64,000 bases of DNA, taken from contig VMGB01000001.1 of NCBI GenBank assembly GCA_007376295.1, positions 80,424 to 144,423 on the forward strand, given 5' to 3'. Positions within the stretch are counted from its first letter, which is position 1, and each line of letters starts with the position of its first letter. The position numbers were made by a program, and so were the translations under genes. This document shows, piece by piece, positions 56,079 through 64,000 of this stretch. Under the pieces are notes generated by a model, which did not search any database, was not told the DNA's origin, and saw only the letters and a program-made list of their open reading frames with translations. Origin of the DNA: Parcubacteria group bacterium Gr01-1014_13 (lineage in GTDB: Bacteria; Patescibacteriota; Patescibacteriia; Magasanikbacterales; GWA2-37-8).

Positions 56079-56108
56079 GGCGCGCTGGTGTGAGGCGCGC
56101 TTTTTTTA
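56079..56108 (+). terminator. rho-independent terminator (GCGCGC-loop-GCGCGC + T7)
   Basis: GC-only stem, TTTTTTTA tail. Confidence 0.65.
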
Positions 56109-57467
56109 TCTTCCTGCCAATCGAAGAATAGTATTGATGGTTCTAAGGATGATGGAAATATCTAAAGTGAAGTTGCGGTTTTTAATATAGTATAAATCGT
56201 ATTCCAGTTTTTGCAGGTTTTCCTCAATTGTACCGTAATAAGCGTTATTGATTTGCGCCCAGCCAGTAAGTCCTGGTTTTATTAGGTGTCGTAAAGAATA
56301 GTAGGGCATTTTTTCTGTAAGTTGTTGGACAAATTCTGGACGTTCGGGTCGAGGACCAATTACAGACATCTGGCCTTTTAGAATATTTATAAATTGCGGT
56401 ATTTCGTCCAGTCTGGTGCGGCGTAAAATTTTTCCAACCGTTGTAATGCGGACATCTTTGTCAGCCGCATACTGCGGCCCGCCGGTTTCGGCGCTTCCGT
56501 CAGCAGCTAAAGTCTTCATGGTCCGATATTTGTAAACTTTAAAAATTAATCCTTGTCTGCCAACGCGATTTTGGGAGAAAAATATTTTGCCTTTGGAGTT
56601 TAATTTTATAATCAAGGCGATAATCGGGAAAGTGACAATAAAAAATATACCAATTATTACGGCTAAAATATAATCCGTTAAAATACGGAAACGATCATAG
56701 ATTTTTTTCTGTTGTTCGTGCAGGTTGGCCACGAACCAGTTTTCAGAAAAAGTAAACGGGGGAATACGGTGCATTACTGTTTCATAAAAATCAGAAAGAT
56801 TTACGATGCTCACCTGCTGAAATAAACTTTGGTATAATTCTTTGAGCAGATTTGAATCGGCAGTCATCTGTGGTGAGAGAACGATAATATTCGCGTAATT
56901 TTTTGTTTGATTATTTATCTCGGCAATAGTTTTGCCATACGCTATATTCGGTAAAGAAGATTCTTGTTCACCGATTACACCAAGAACTAAGTAACCCAAA
57001 CGCGGATTGTTTTGAATATTATTTATCAGCTCTTTAACTTCAGCTGTAACTCCGGCAAAAATTATATTATATTTTAAAGTTGTAGAAATAAATTTGTTAT
57101 AAAAAAATCTCCACAAAGAGACGAGTCCAAAACCGATTATGGCTGTAAGTAATAAAATTGTTTTTGGGGTGATGGCGGTTTTTGGATTTATATAAAAATA
57201 GATTATCCCAAGAACTGTCCAAGCCAAAGCGCTAAGAATAATTTTTTGATAAAAAGCCCAAGAATTTTTGGTTTTGCTGATGTCGTAAAGACCGGCGATA
57301 AATAAAATAACCGCGGCTAGGAAGAATAGCTGGGTCATGGGTGACAACAGATCTTGTAAGTTTTGGCCGGGAATTTTTAGATAGCGAAAATAGAGAGCAA
57401 AATATAGGCCTATATATAAGGTCATTATGTCTCCAGTCAGAAGGGTGAGTTGTTTTAAACGAAGCAT
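56106..57467 (-). CDS. polyprenyl-phosphate hexose-1-phosphate transferase (WbaP/CpsE-type bacterial sugar transferase)
   Basis: Multi-TM N-half. C-terminal 'bacterial sugar transferase' domain '...DEIPQFINILKGQMSVIGPRPERPEF...KPGLTGWAQ'. Confidence 0.8.
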   Translation of the reverse strand: MLRLKQLTLLTGDIMTLYIGLYFALYFRYLKIPGQNLQDLLSPMTQLFFLAAVILFIAGLYDISKTKNSWAFYQKIILSALAWTVLGIIYFYINPKTAITPKTILLLTAIIGFGLVSLWRFFYNKFISTTLKYNIIFAGVTAEVKELINNIQNNPRLGYLVLGVIGEQESSLPNIAYGKTIAEINNQTKNYANIIVLSPQMTADSNLLKELYQSLFQQVSIVNLSDFYETVMHRIPPFTFSENWFVANLHEQQKKIYDRFRILTDYILAVIIGIFFIVTFPIIALIIKLNSKGKIFFSQNRVGRQGLIFKVYKYRTMKTLAADGSAETGGPQYAADKDVRITTVGKILRRTRLDEIPQFINILKGQMSVIGPRPERPEFVQQLTEKMPYYSLRHLIKPGLTGWAQINNAYYGTIEENLQKLEYDLYYIKNRNFTLDISIILRTINTILRLAGR

Positions 57468-57491
57468 ATGCTACAATAGCAAGCAAATAAT

Positions 57492-59015
57492 ATGCCTCAA
57501 TCCTACCTTAAAATTAAGCAAAAAGCAAGCATTGCAGCGGTTTTTTTGGCTGCTATGGTTTTGGTCTATCCAAATGCCTTGGTTTTAGCAAAAGTACCCA
57601 ATGATCCAAAATATACGCTTCAGGAGGCCGTTTATAAGCAAATTGGGGCACCGGCGGCCTGGGATTATACTACCGGTACCAACAGTGTGGTGGTAGCGGT
57701 GATAGATGTGGGTGTAGACATTAATAATACAGATTTAAAAGAAAATATTTGGCAAAACTCAAAAGAATTGCCGGATAATGGCATTGACGATGATCGCAAT
57801 GGCTTTATAGATGATATACATGGGTGGAATTTTGTAGAGAACAATAATGATATGGCAATTTCGGTAATACAAGACTCTGATGATTCCGGCGCTGTGAGCC
57901 ACGGTACTATTTTGGCGGGGCTTATCGGTGCCAGAGGCGACAATAACTTGTCTGGTACAGGATTAAATTGGCAGATAAAAATTATGCCTCTGCGCGCCAT
58001 AAATAGCAATGGAGACGGATCTTTAAAAGAAGTAGCCAAAGCGATTAATTACGCGGTAAGTAATGGAGCCGATATAATAAGCACAAGTTTTGTTGGCGAC
58101 AGGAACAGTTTTGCCTTACAAGAAAGCTTATTTAATGCCCGGAAATATGGAATAATAGTAGTAGCGGCAGCGGGAAATAACAGAAACGACGGAACCGGAT
58201 ATTATAATTTGTCTAAAAACAAACAATATCCTATTTGCGTGGATTTTGAAAATTCGGAAAATTGGATTTTGGGCGTAACTTCGGTAGATAAAAATGATAA
58301 GTTGAGCGATTTTGCCAATTTTGGGGCATGCGTAGATATTTCCGCTCCTGGTGAAAATATTTACAGCACGCAAAAATATGCTCCGCAGTATGGAAGTAGT
58401 TATAACCAAAATTTTGGCGGCCCTTGGTTCGGGTCTTCCTTTGCGGTTCCGTTAGTGGCAGGCAGTGCGGCGTTGGTAAAATCAGTTCGTCCGGATTGGG
58501 GAGCGCAAGAAATAATTTTGGATTTACTGGCTACTGCCGATGATATAGACGGTTTAAATCCTGGTTTTGCCGGACAGAGCGGTTATGGCCGTTTAAATGT
58601 TGGCCGGGCTGTGGCTAGGGCGATAGAATTCAAGTCGGTAGCATTAGTTTTTGAATCAAAATTAATCAAGAAAAACAAGCAGTATTTTGTTCGTATTACC
58701 TCGGACGGCAAAGTTTTGCATGATTTGTCTTTGCCTGGATACATAGATAAAAATACCAAATGGGCAGTAGTAGAAAATTTGTTGGTCTCTGCTAATTCGA
58801 GTAAAGGAAAAATAACAGTAAATGCTTGGGATTGGGACGGTAATAAAAAATTAACAAATTTTGTTTTGCCAGGAATGACAAAATTGTCTGATTTAAAAAT
58901 TGATAAAGTATGGGGGGATAGTCCCAATGCTATTTTATTTGTGAAGCAAGCAGGGGATAGTCGGCGAGTAATTATAGATTTACCCAGCCAGAGCTGGAAG
59001 ACAGAAGGTGTTTAG
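57492..59015 (+). CDS. secreted S8-family subtilisin-like serine peptidase with C-terminal extension
   Basis: Catalytic triad contexts 'VAVIDVGVD' (Asp), 'HGTILAGLIG' (His), 'GSSFAVPLVAG' (Ser). Signal peptide. Confidence 0.85.
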   Translation: MPQSYLKIKQKASIAAVFLAAMVLVYPNALVLAKVPNDPKYTLQEAVYKQIGAPAAWDYTTGTNSVVVAVIDVGVDINNTDLKENIWQNSKELPDNGIDDDRNGFIDDIHGWNFVENNNDMAISVIQDSDDSGAVSHGTILAGLIGARGDNNLSGTGLNWQIKIMPLRAINSNGDGSLKEVAKAINYAVSNGADIISTSFVGDRNSFALQESLFNARKYGIIVVAAAGNNRNDGTGYYNLSKNKQYPICVDFENSENWILGVTSVDKNDKLSDFANFGACVDISAPGENIYSTQKYAPQYGSSYNQNFGGPWFGSSFAVPLVAGSAALVKSVRPDWGAQEIILDLLATADDIDGLNPGFAGQSGYGRLNVGRAVARAIEFKSVALVFESKLIKKNKQYFVRITSDGKVLHDLSLPGYIDKNTKWAVVENLLVSANSSKGKITVNAWDWDGNKKLTNFVLPGMTKLSDLKIDKVWGDSPNAILFVKQAGDSRRVIIDLPSQSWKTEGV

Positions 59016-59091
59016 AATTATATTGTCAACAGTAGTGGTTAATGGTACAATTTAGACATTAATAGTTAGTAATTAGTGATTATCAAATTTT

Positions 59092-60102
59092 ATGGATACC
59101 CCTATTTTTGAGAAAAAAAACGTGTTGGTCACCGGCGGCGCCGGTTTTATCGGTTCGCATCTTTGTGAGCGTTTGCTAAAAGAAGCCAAAGTAATTTGTC
59201 TGGATGATTTCTCCAATTCTTCTCCGGCCAACATCCAGCATTTATTGCAGTATCCAGATTTTGAATTTATAAAATACGACGTTAATCAGCCAATTGATTT
59301 GGATAAATTTGAAGAATTAGATAAATTCAAAGTTAAATTCCAAGGTATTCAAGAGATTTATCATTTGGCTTGTCCTACCAGTCCGCATGATTTTGAAAAA
59401 TTAAAAATGAAATCATTGTGGGCTAATTCCTCTTCGATGATAAATACTTTGGATTTGGCTGTAAAATACAAAGCCAAATATATATTTACCTCCAGTTCGG
59501 TTGTTTATGGTAATTCCACCGAAGAAAAATCTGTTTTTAAAGAAAGCGATCATGGCATTGTCGACCATCTTTCTCCGCGTGCCTGCTATGACGAAGGCAA
59601 ACGTTTTGCAGAAACCTGCGTGGCTACTTACCGTCAAGTATATGGCATAGATGCCAAAGTTGCCCGTGTATTTACCACCTATGGTCCACACATGAAATTA
59701 TTTGAAGGTCAGATGATTCCGGATTTTATTATCAATGCTTTGGAAGGAAAAAATATTACTATAAATGGCGATGAAACATTTTCTACTTCGCTTTGTTATG
59801 TTACCGACTTGATAGATGGTTTGGTGCGGCTTATGGCCAGCTCACCGGAAGTAGAAATTGTTAACCTGGGTGATGATAAAATAGTAAAAATAGTTGATGT
59901 AGCAAACACAATAATCAAATTAACGAATTCTTCTTCTCAGGTTGTATTTGAGAAGCCATTATTGTTTTTGACCAAAAAAGGAGCTCCAGATTTGTCTTAT
60001 GTTAGAGATGTCTTGGGTTGGATGCCTTTAGTAAGATTGCAAGATGGCCTTGAAAAAACAATCGACTATACTATTGCCAACAAAGAGGCATTGATGTTTT
60101 GA
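59092..60102 (+). CDS. UDP-glucuronate decarboxylase (UDP-xylose synthase)-like SDR epimerase/dehydratase
   Basis: 'VLVTGGAGFIGSHLCERL' Rossmann motif, 'SPRACYDEGKRFAE' (YxxxK), overall collinearity with UXS. Confidence 0.8.
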   Translation: MDTPIFEKKNVLVTGGAGFIGSHLCERLLKEAKVICLDDFSNSSPANIQHLLQYPDFEFIKYDVNQPIDLDKFEELDKFKVKFQGIQEIYHLACPTSPHDFEKLKMKSLWANSSSMINTLDLAVKYKAKYIFTSSSVVYGNSTEEKSVFKESDHGIVDHLSPRACYDEGKRFAETCVATYRQVYGIDAKVARVFTTYGPHMKLFEGQMIPDFIINALEGKNITINGDETFSTSLCYVTDLIDGLVRLMASSPEVEIVNLGDDKIVKIVDVANTIIKLTNSSSQVVFEKPLLFLTKKGAPDLSYVRDVLGWMPLVRLQDGLEKTIDYTIANKEALMF

Positions 60103-60782
60103 TCATGGATATTAAAGGTATGTTGTTTGTAATTGTTCCCGCCTACAACGAAGCTAAAAACATCGGTCGCGTCATTAGCGGCCTTTTTAGTCAGGGACTG
60201 CAAAATATTATTGTGGTCGATGATGGTTCTACGGACGAAACAGCTCAAATAGCTGAAGCAGCCGGAACTAAAGTTTTACGTCATGAAGTAAATAGAGGGC
60301 AGGGAGCATCGCTCCAAACTGGCAATGATTATGCATTGGCCCATGATGCGGACACCGTAATTCATTTTGATGCCGATGGCCAGTTTAATCCGGCTGATAT
60401 TGCTAAAGCGTTAGTAGTAATGAAAGAGAAAAACGTAGATGTGCTACTTGGTTCACGTTTTTTAGACAATCGTTCCCAGATGCCTTGGACAAAAAAATAT
60501 TTAATTTTGCCAACTGCCAGACTGATAAATCATTTTTTGACCGGCTTAAAACTTACTGATGCGCACAATGGTTTCCGTATTTTGTCCCGCAGGGCTTTGG
60601 AGGCAATAAATATCTCCCAAGACCGCATGGCCCATAATTCCGAAATTATTAGTCAAATTAGGCAAAAAAACCTATCCTATCTTGAATATCCGGTAGAGGT
60701 TACATATAATGAATATGGCCAGGGAGTAGGGGGAGGCTTAAAGATAATTTGGGAAGTTTTACAAGGACGTTTAATTAAATAG
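60099..60782 (+). CDS. GT2-family glycosyltransferase (polyprenol-phosphate sugar synthase-like)
   Basis: 'VIVPAYNEAKNI' and 'VVDDGSTDET' (DxD-type) motifs. Confidence 0.75.
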   Translation: MIMDIKGMLFVIVPAYNEAKNIGRVISGLFSQGLQNIIVVDDGSTDETAQIAEAAGTKVLRHEVNRGQGASLQTGNDYALAHDADTVIHFDADGQFNPADIAKALVVMKEKNVDVLLGSRFLDNRSQMPWTKKYLILPTARLINHFLTGLKLTDAHNGFRILSRRALEAINISQDRMAHNSEIISQIRQKNLSYLEYPVEVTYNEYGQGVGGGLKIIWEVLQGRLIK

Positions 60783-60786
60783 TCTT

Positions 60787-61122
60787 ATGATGGTAATCCA
60801 AACTTTATTAATAGTTTTTTTCTTGTTTGCCTTGGTAAAGGTTATTGGCCGTTGGCGTGCCGGTGATTTGACTAAAATGGGCCTAATTTGGTGGTCACTA
60901 TTTTGGGTTGCGGCAGCCGTGGTGGTGCTACTACCAAATTCCACCGCTTACTTTGCAAAATTAGTAGGTATTGGCCGTGGCGCGGATTTGGTGGTGTATC
61001 TGTCTTTGGCCGCGATATTTTTTATAATATTTCGATTGATGATCAGGATAGAATCACTAAATAAAGATATTACCAAACTTACCAGAAAAGTTGCTTTGCA
61101 GGACGATAAAGATAGCGTATGA
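60787..61122 (+). CDS. DUF2304-like small membrane protein (GT2-associated)
   Basis: Three hydrophobic helices. Typical position immediately after a polyprenol-phosphate GT2 gene. Confidence 0.45.
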   Translation: MMVIQTLLIVFFLFALVKVIGRWRAGDLTKMGLIWWSLFWVAAAVVVLLPNSTAYFAKLVGIGRGADLVVYLSLAAIFFIIFRLMIRIESLNKDITKLTRKVALQDDKDSV

Positions 61123-62213
61123 AGATAGCTCATGTTGTTTCCACTTTTTTTCCTCATGTGGGCGGGATGGGGACTGTTTGCTATAACGAAGTAAAACGGT
61201 TGGCAGAAAATGGACATGACGTAACAGTTTTCACCTTAAAGTATCCAGACACAACATACGAGGATACAAAATTTCCTTTTAAAGTAGTGCGTTTAAAACC
61301 CCTGATAAAGCTAGGAGATGCTGGGCTGGTGCCACAGATATTAAATCAACTCACAGGTTTTGATCTAGTTCATTTGCATTATCCATTTTATGGCGGCGCG
61401 GAATGGCTCTGCTTTTCTAGTGTGCCAACAGTCATTACTTATCATATGGATGCGCAGGCCGAGGGAATAAAAGGCCTAATTTCGAAAATATATGATTTGC
61501 TTTGGCCAAGAATTTTGTTTTCCCAAGCCAAAAAGATTGTGGCGGTTAATGCGGAACATTTTAAGAATACAAAATTTGGCAAGGGTTTTGCCGATAAAAC
61601 TATTGAAATTCAAAATGGAGTGGATATGGAAATTTTTAATCCCCACGAGGTTAATTTGGAGGCTCTTGGTTTAGTTCATTTAAAAGACAAGAAAATTATT
61701 CTTTTTGTAGGTAATTTGATGCCGGTGAAGCGTCTGGATATGGTCTTAGATTCAATTAAACTATTAGGCGATGATAATTTGGCTTTGGTGGTGGTCGGAG
61801 GGGGGTACGAGTTAGATAAATACAAAGAGCTAGCCAAGGATTTAAATAATGTATATTTTGTGGGTCAGTGTGATGATCAGAAAAAATTATCTGATTATTA
61901 TAACGCAGCGGCGTGCGTGGTTGTACCATCTGATTATGAATCGTTTTCTTTAGTAGCAATAGAAGCGGGTGCGTGTGGTATTCCAGTAGTTGCCAGTAAT
62001 ATCCCAGCTATGGCTGAAAGAATTAATAATGGAGTAAATGGATTTTTGTTTGAGAAAGGTTCGGTGGAAAGTTTAACGGCTGCGTTTAGAAAAATTATGT
62101 CTATGAGCGCAGAAGAAAGAAAAGTTATTGGTCAGCAGGGGAGAGTGGGAGTAGAAAATAAATATTCTTGGAAAAAGCATATGGAAAAATTAATTAATTT
62201 ATATGGCGTTTGA
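61119..62213 (+). CDS. GT4-family glycosyltransferase
   Basis: N-terminal 'MKIAHVVSTFFPHVGGMG'. C-terminal 'E..FSLVAIEAGACGIPVVAS' EX7E-like motif. Confidence 0.75.
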   Translation: MKIAHVVSTFFPHVGGMGTVCYNEVKRLAENGHDVTVFTLKYPDTTYEDTKFPFKVVRLKPLIKLGDAGLVPQILNQLTGFDLVHLHYPFYGGAEWLCFSSVPTVITYHMDAQAEGIKGLISKIYDLLWPRILFSQAKKIVAVNAEHFKNTKFGKGFADKTIEIQNGVDMEIFNPHEVNLEALGLVHLKDKKIILFVGNLMPVKRLDMVLDSIKLLGDDNLALVVVGGGYELDKYKELAKDLNNVYFVGQCDDQKKLSDYYNAAACVVVPSDYESFSLVAIEAGACGIPVVASNIPAMAERINNGVNGFLFEKGSVESLTAAFRKIMSMSAEERKVIGQQGRVGVENKYSWKKHMEKLINLYGV

Positions 62214-63021
62214 TTACGAGAAATCAATTTGGGGACACGGTAATGCCAGTTTGAGTTTAAGCTCTCCGACTAGTTTTCGTTTGCGCCAAAGCCTACAATC
62301 TCTTTCTGAGTTAAAATCCGGAGCCAAAGTTTTGGAGTTAGGTTGCGGAGCCGGCCAATTTATTCGTGAAATCAAGAAAATCCGGCCAGAATTGGATTGT
62401 TACGGCTGTGATATTAGCCAGCACGCTATCGCCATAGCTAAACAAGCAAACGATGGGGTGAATTATGATTTGAGTACCGAAAATAGATCTGTGTACGGGG
62501 ATAATTTTTTTGACGCGGTACTTATTTTCGATGTACTCGAGCATGTAGAAAACCCAGATTTAATTTTGTCTGAAATACATCGAGTTCTAAAAAGTGGGGG
62601 AGTATTTTATTCTTTTGTACCATGTGAAGGCGATTCGTTATCTTTTTGGAATTTATTGCATAAGCTTGGCTTGAAACGAGAGCTTACCAAAATGTATGCC
62701 GGTCATATAAATAAATTTTCTCGCCCGAGTTTGATAAACCTAGTTCAATCGCATGGTTTTGTTACAAAACGTATTCGATACAGCGAGCAAGTTCTGGGTC
62801 AGCTTCTCGGCTTGGCCGCCTTTTTTTCTATGGATCATTTTGCCAAAAAGAGTAATTTGCATCAAGTAAATAATGAGCAGTATTTTTATAATTTAGATCA
62901 AAAAGGCGGGGGAGTATTAAAAATATTAAAAAATATTGTAAATAGTCTGGTTGCTATAGAATCAATTACTTTTTCCAGAGTTCCATCGCCAAATGTGCAT
63001 CTGACGGTGATTAAAAAGTAA
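62203..63021 (+). CDS. class I SAM-dependent methyltransferase
   Basis: Motif I 'VLELGCGAGQF', motif II-III 'FDAVLIFDVLEHV'. Confidence 0.75.
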   Translation: MAFDYEKSIWGHGNASLSLSSPTSFRLRQSLQSLSELKSGAKVLELGCGAGQFIREIKKIRPELDCYGCDISQHAIAIAKQANDGVNYDLSTENRSVYGDNFFDAVLIFDVLEHVENPDLILSEIHRVLKSGGVFYSFVPCEGDSLSFWNLLHKLGLKRELTKMYAGHINKFSRPSLINLVQSHGFVTKRIRYSEQVLGQLLGLAAFFSMDHFAKKSNLHQVNNEQYFYNLDQKGGGVLKILKNIVNSLVAIESITFSRVPSPNVHLTVIKK

Positions 63022-63022
63022 T

Positions 63023-63541
63023 ATGCGCGTCATCCACGTTATCCCATCTGCTTTTGAATATTTTGACGATATCAGATCGCGCGCTTTTAAGTTATTGGAC
63101 GGGCTACATAAATTAGGTGTAGAGACAGAGGCGTTTACCTTGCAATACGGAACGCCCAATAAAGCAGAGAAATCCAGTATCAAACAGGCTTCACCATCTA
63201 TCCATAATTTTATTGGTAGTTTTGATATTAACAGCGCTATAGAGAATTTTTCTGATTTTGATATCGTTCATTTACATTGTCCATTTTTTGGCGCAGCCGG
63301 CAAGATTCTGCGTTGGAAAAAACTTCATCCCGACACCCCTTTGGTACTTACGTATTATCGCGATGTTCGGATAGTCGATCTGATGAGCTTTTTTATCAAG
63401 CTTTATAACGGATATTATTTACCCAAATTTTTTAAGTTGGCTGATGCAGTTGACCAGTTTAAAGCGGATGATCGGTCTTTAGAGTCTATTGCGGCCGATA
63501 CCATCTTGGTGTATAATAGCTTTTGGTCACAAAAGACCTAA
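63023..63541 (+). CDS. hypothetical protein resembling a GT4 N-terminal (sugar-acceptor) half-domain
   Basis: 'MRVIHVIPSAF...' and 'DIVHLHCPFFGAAG' echo the N-half of the GT4 gene at 61119. No C-terminal catalytic half. Confidence 0.3.
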   Translation: MRVIHVIPSAFEYFDDIRSRAFKLLDGLHKLGVETEAFTLQYGTPNKAEKSSIKQASPSIHNFIGSFDINSAIENFSDFDIVHLHCPFFGAAGKILRWKKLHPDTPLVLTYYRDVRIVDLMSFFIKLYNGYYLPKFFKLADAVDQFKADDRSLESIAADTILVYNSFWSQKT

Positions 63542-63569
63542 TCTAAGCAATTTTAAAGATAATCATTAT

Positions 63570-63878
63570 ATGGGAATGTTTAAAAAAGGACTTTTTTTAG
63601 GCGGTTTAATAGGAGCGGCGGCAATGTGGCTCAACGCTACCCCAAAGGGTAAAGAAATGCGAGCCAAATTGATGGGCCAGGCCAATGATTTGTATGCGCA
63701 ACTTAAAGAAAGTATCAAACAGTTAGAGGGTCCTACCAAAGAAATGTATGACGCGTTGGTAGAAAGAGCGGTAGAAGAATATGCCGCCAAAGTAGAAATG
63801 GCTATGGATATGAAAAATCAGTTAGTGCGGGAATTAAAGAAGAGATGGAAAGATCTGGAGAAAGAAATTAAAAAATAA
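63570..63878 (+). CDS. YtxH-like (DUF948) protein
   Basis: 'KGLFLGGLIGAAAMWLNATPKGKEMRAKL' matches the YtxH N-motif; the rest is coiled-coil. Start set at ATG 63570. Confidence 0.5.
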   Translation: MGMFKKGLFLGGLIGAAAMWLNATPKGKEMRAKLMGQANDLYAQLKESIKQLEGPTKEMYDALVERAVEEYAAKVEMAMDMKNQLVRELKKRWKDLEKEIKK

Positions 63879-63889
63879 CCAGGTAAACG

Positions 63890-63916
63890 AAAATCACCCG
63901 TAAGGGTGATTTTTAG
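63890..63916 (+). terminator. rho-independent terminator (AAATCACCC-GTAA-GGGTGATTT + T)
   Basis: 9-bp stem, GNRA-like loop, T-run. Confidence 0.6.
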
Positions 63917-64000
63917 TATTTATGCTTGACCAAATTTATTTTTATGGTACAATTATTTTGCCAACTGAGTTTGGTAAGGAGAGTAGCGTGAAGAGAGTTC

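Noticed and set aside
1-63960. Alternative genetic code (UGA recoding, as in some CPR lineages).
   Set aside because: All long conserved genes (dnaK, pyrG, typA, sufB, murA) are intact under the standard code with TGA/TAA/TAG stops. There is no evidence for recoding.

Overview
This is a low-GC, gene-dense bacterial chromosome segment that looks like a Candidate Phyla Radiation/Patescibacteria-type genome. The standard genetic code appears to be in use. Most native genes lack a Shine-Dalgarno (SD) sequence, and many have factor-independent hairpin terminators. The core content, in order, is as follows. A 5'-truncated VirB4/TrbE-like ATPase, a membrane protein and ComF. A complete minus-strand SUF Fe-S assembly operon (sufC-sufB-sufD-sufS-sufU-DUF59). 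A metal/redox neighbourhood (DUF378 protein with a Cys-rich tail, MsrB, TrhO, a VIT-family transporter, a dienelactone hydrolase-cupredoxin fusion). Ogt, RidA, tRNA-Ser(GCU) and an ABC-F ATPase. Two ECF-sigma/anti-sigma-like modules; the first lies downstream of a triple palindromic operator array and upstream of a 1253-aa Cys-free surface protein. TypA, a tRNA-Glu-like gene and a Ser/Thr kinase. An MntR/DtxR-family repressor with its operator, followed by a multicopper oxidase and a ZIP permease. Then pyrF, a tRNA-dihydrouridine synthase (Dus), a PLD-family enzyme, YidC and an SPFH protein. The hrcA-grpE-dnaK-dnaJ operon has a CIRCE variant and one inserted ORF. The last third holds RNase HI, MurA, CtpA, Era, L9, PyrG and a glycan-synthesis cluster (sugar phosphotransferase, S8 peptidase, UDP-xylose synthase-like, GT2, DUF2304, GT4, methyltransferase, YtxH). 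The most unusual content is as follows. (i) A small SD-bearing, higher-GC island next to tRNA-Ser encodes tandem paralogs of an unrecognised domain. One paralog is fused to an Ada-type Zn-binding domain whose methyl-acceptor Cys is replaced by Gly. (ii) Two further compositionally foreign cassettes: a high-GC secreted AgmX/PglI-C-like protein, and a 2OG-oxygenase-like protein plus a small acidic protein. (iii) The triple perfect 26-bp palindrome sits between an excisionase-type HTH gene and the sigma/anti-sigma/giant-surface-protein operon.
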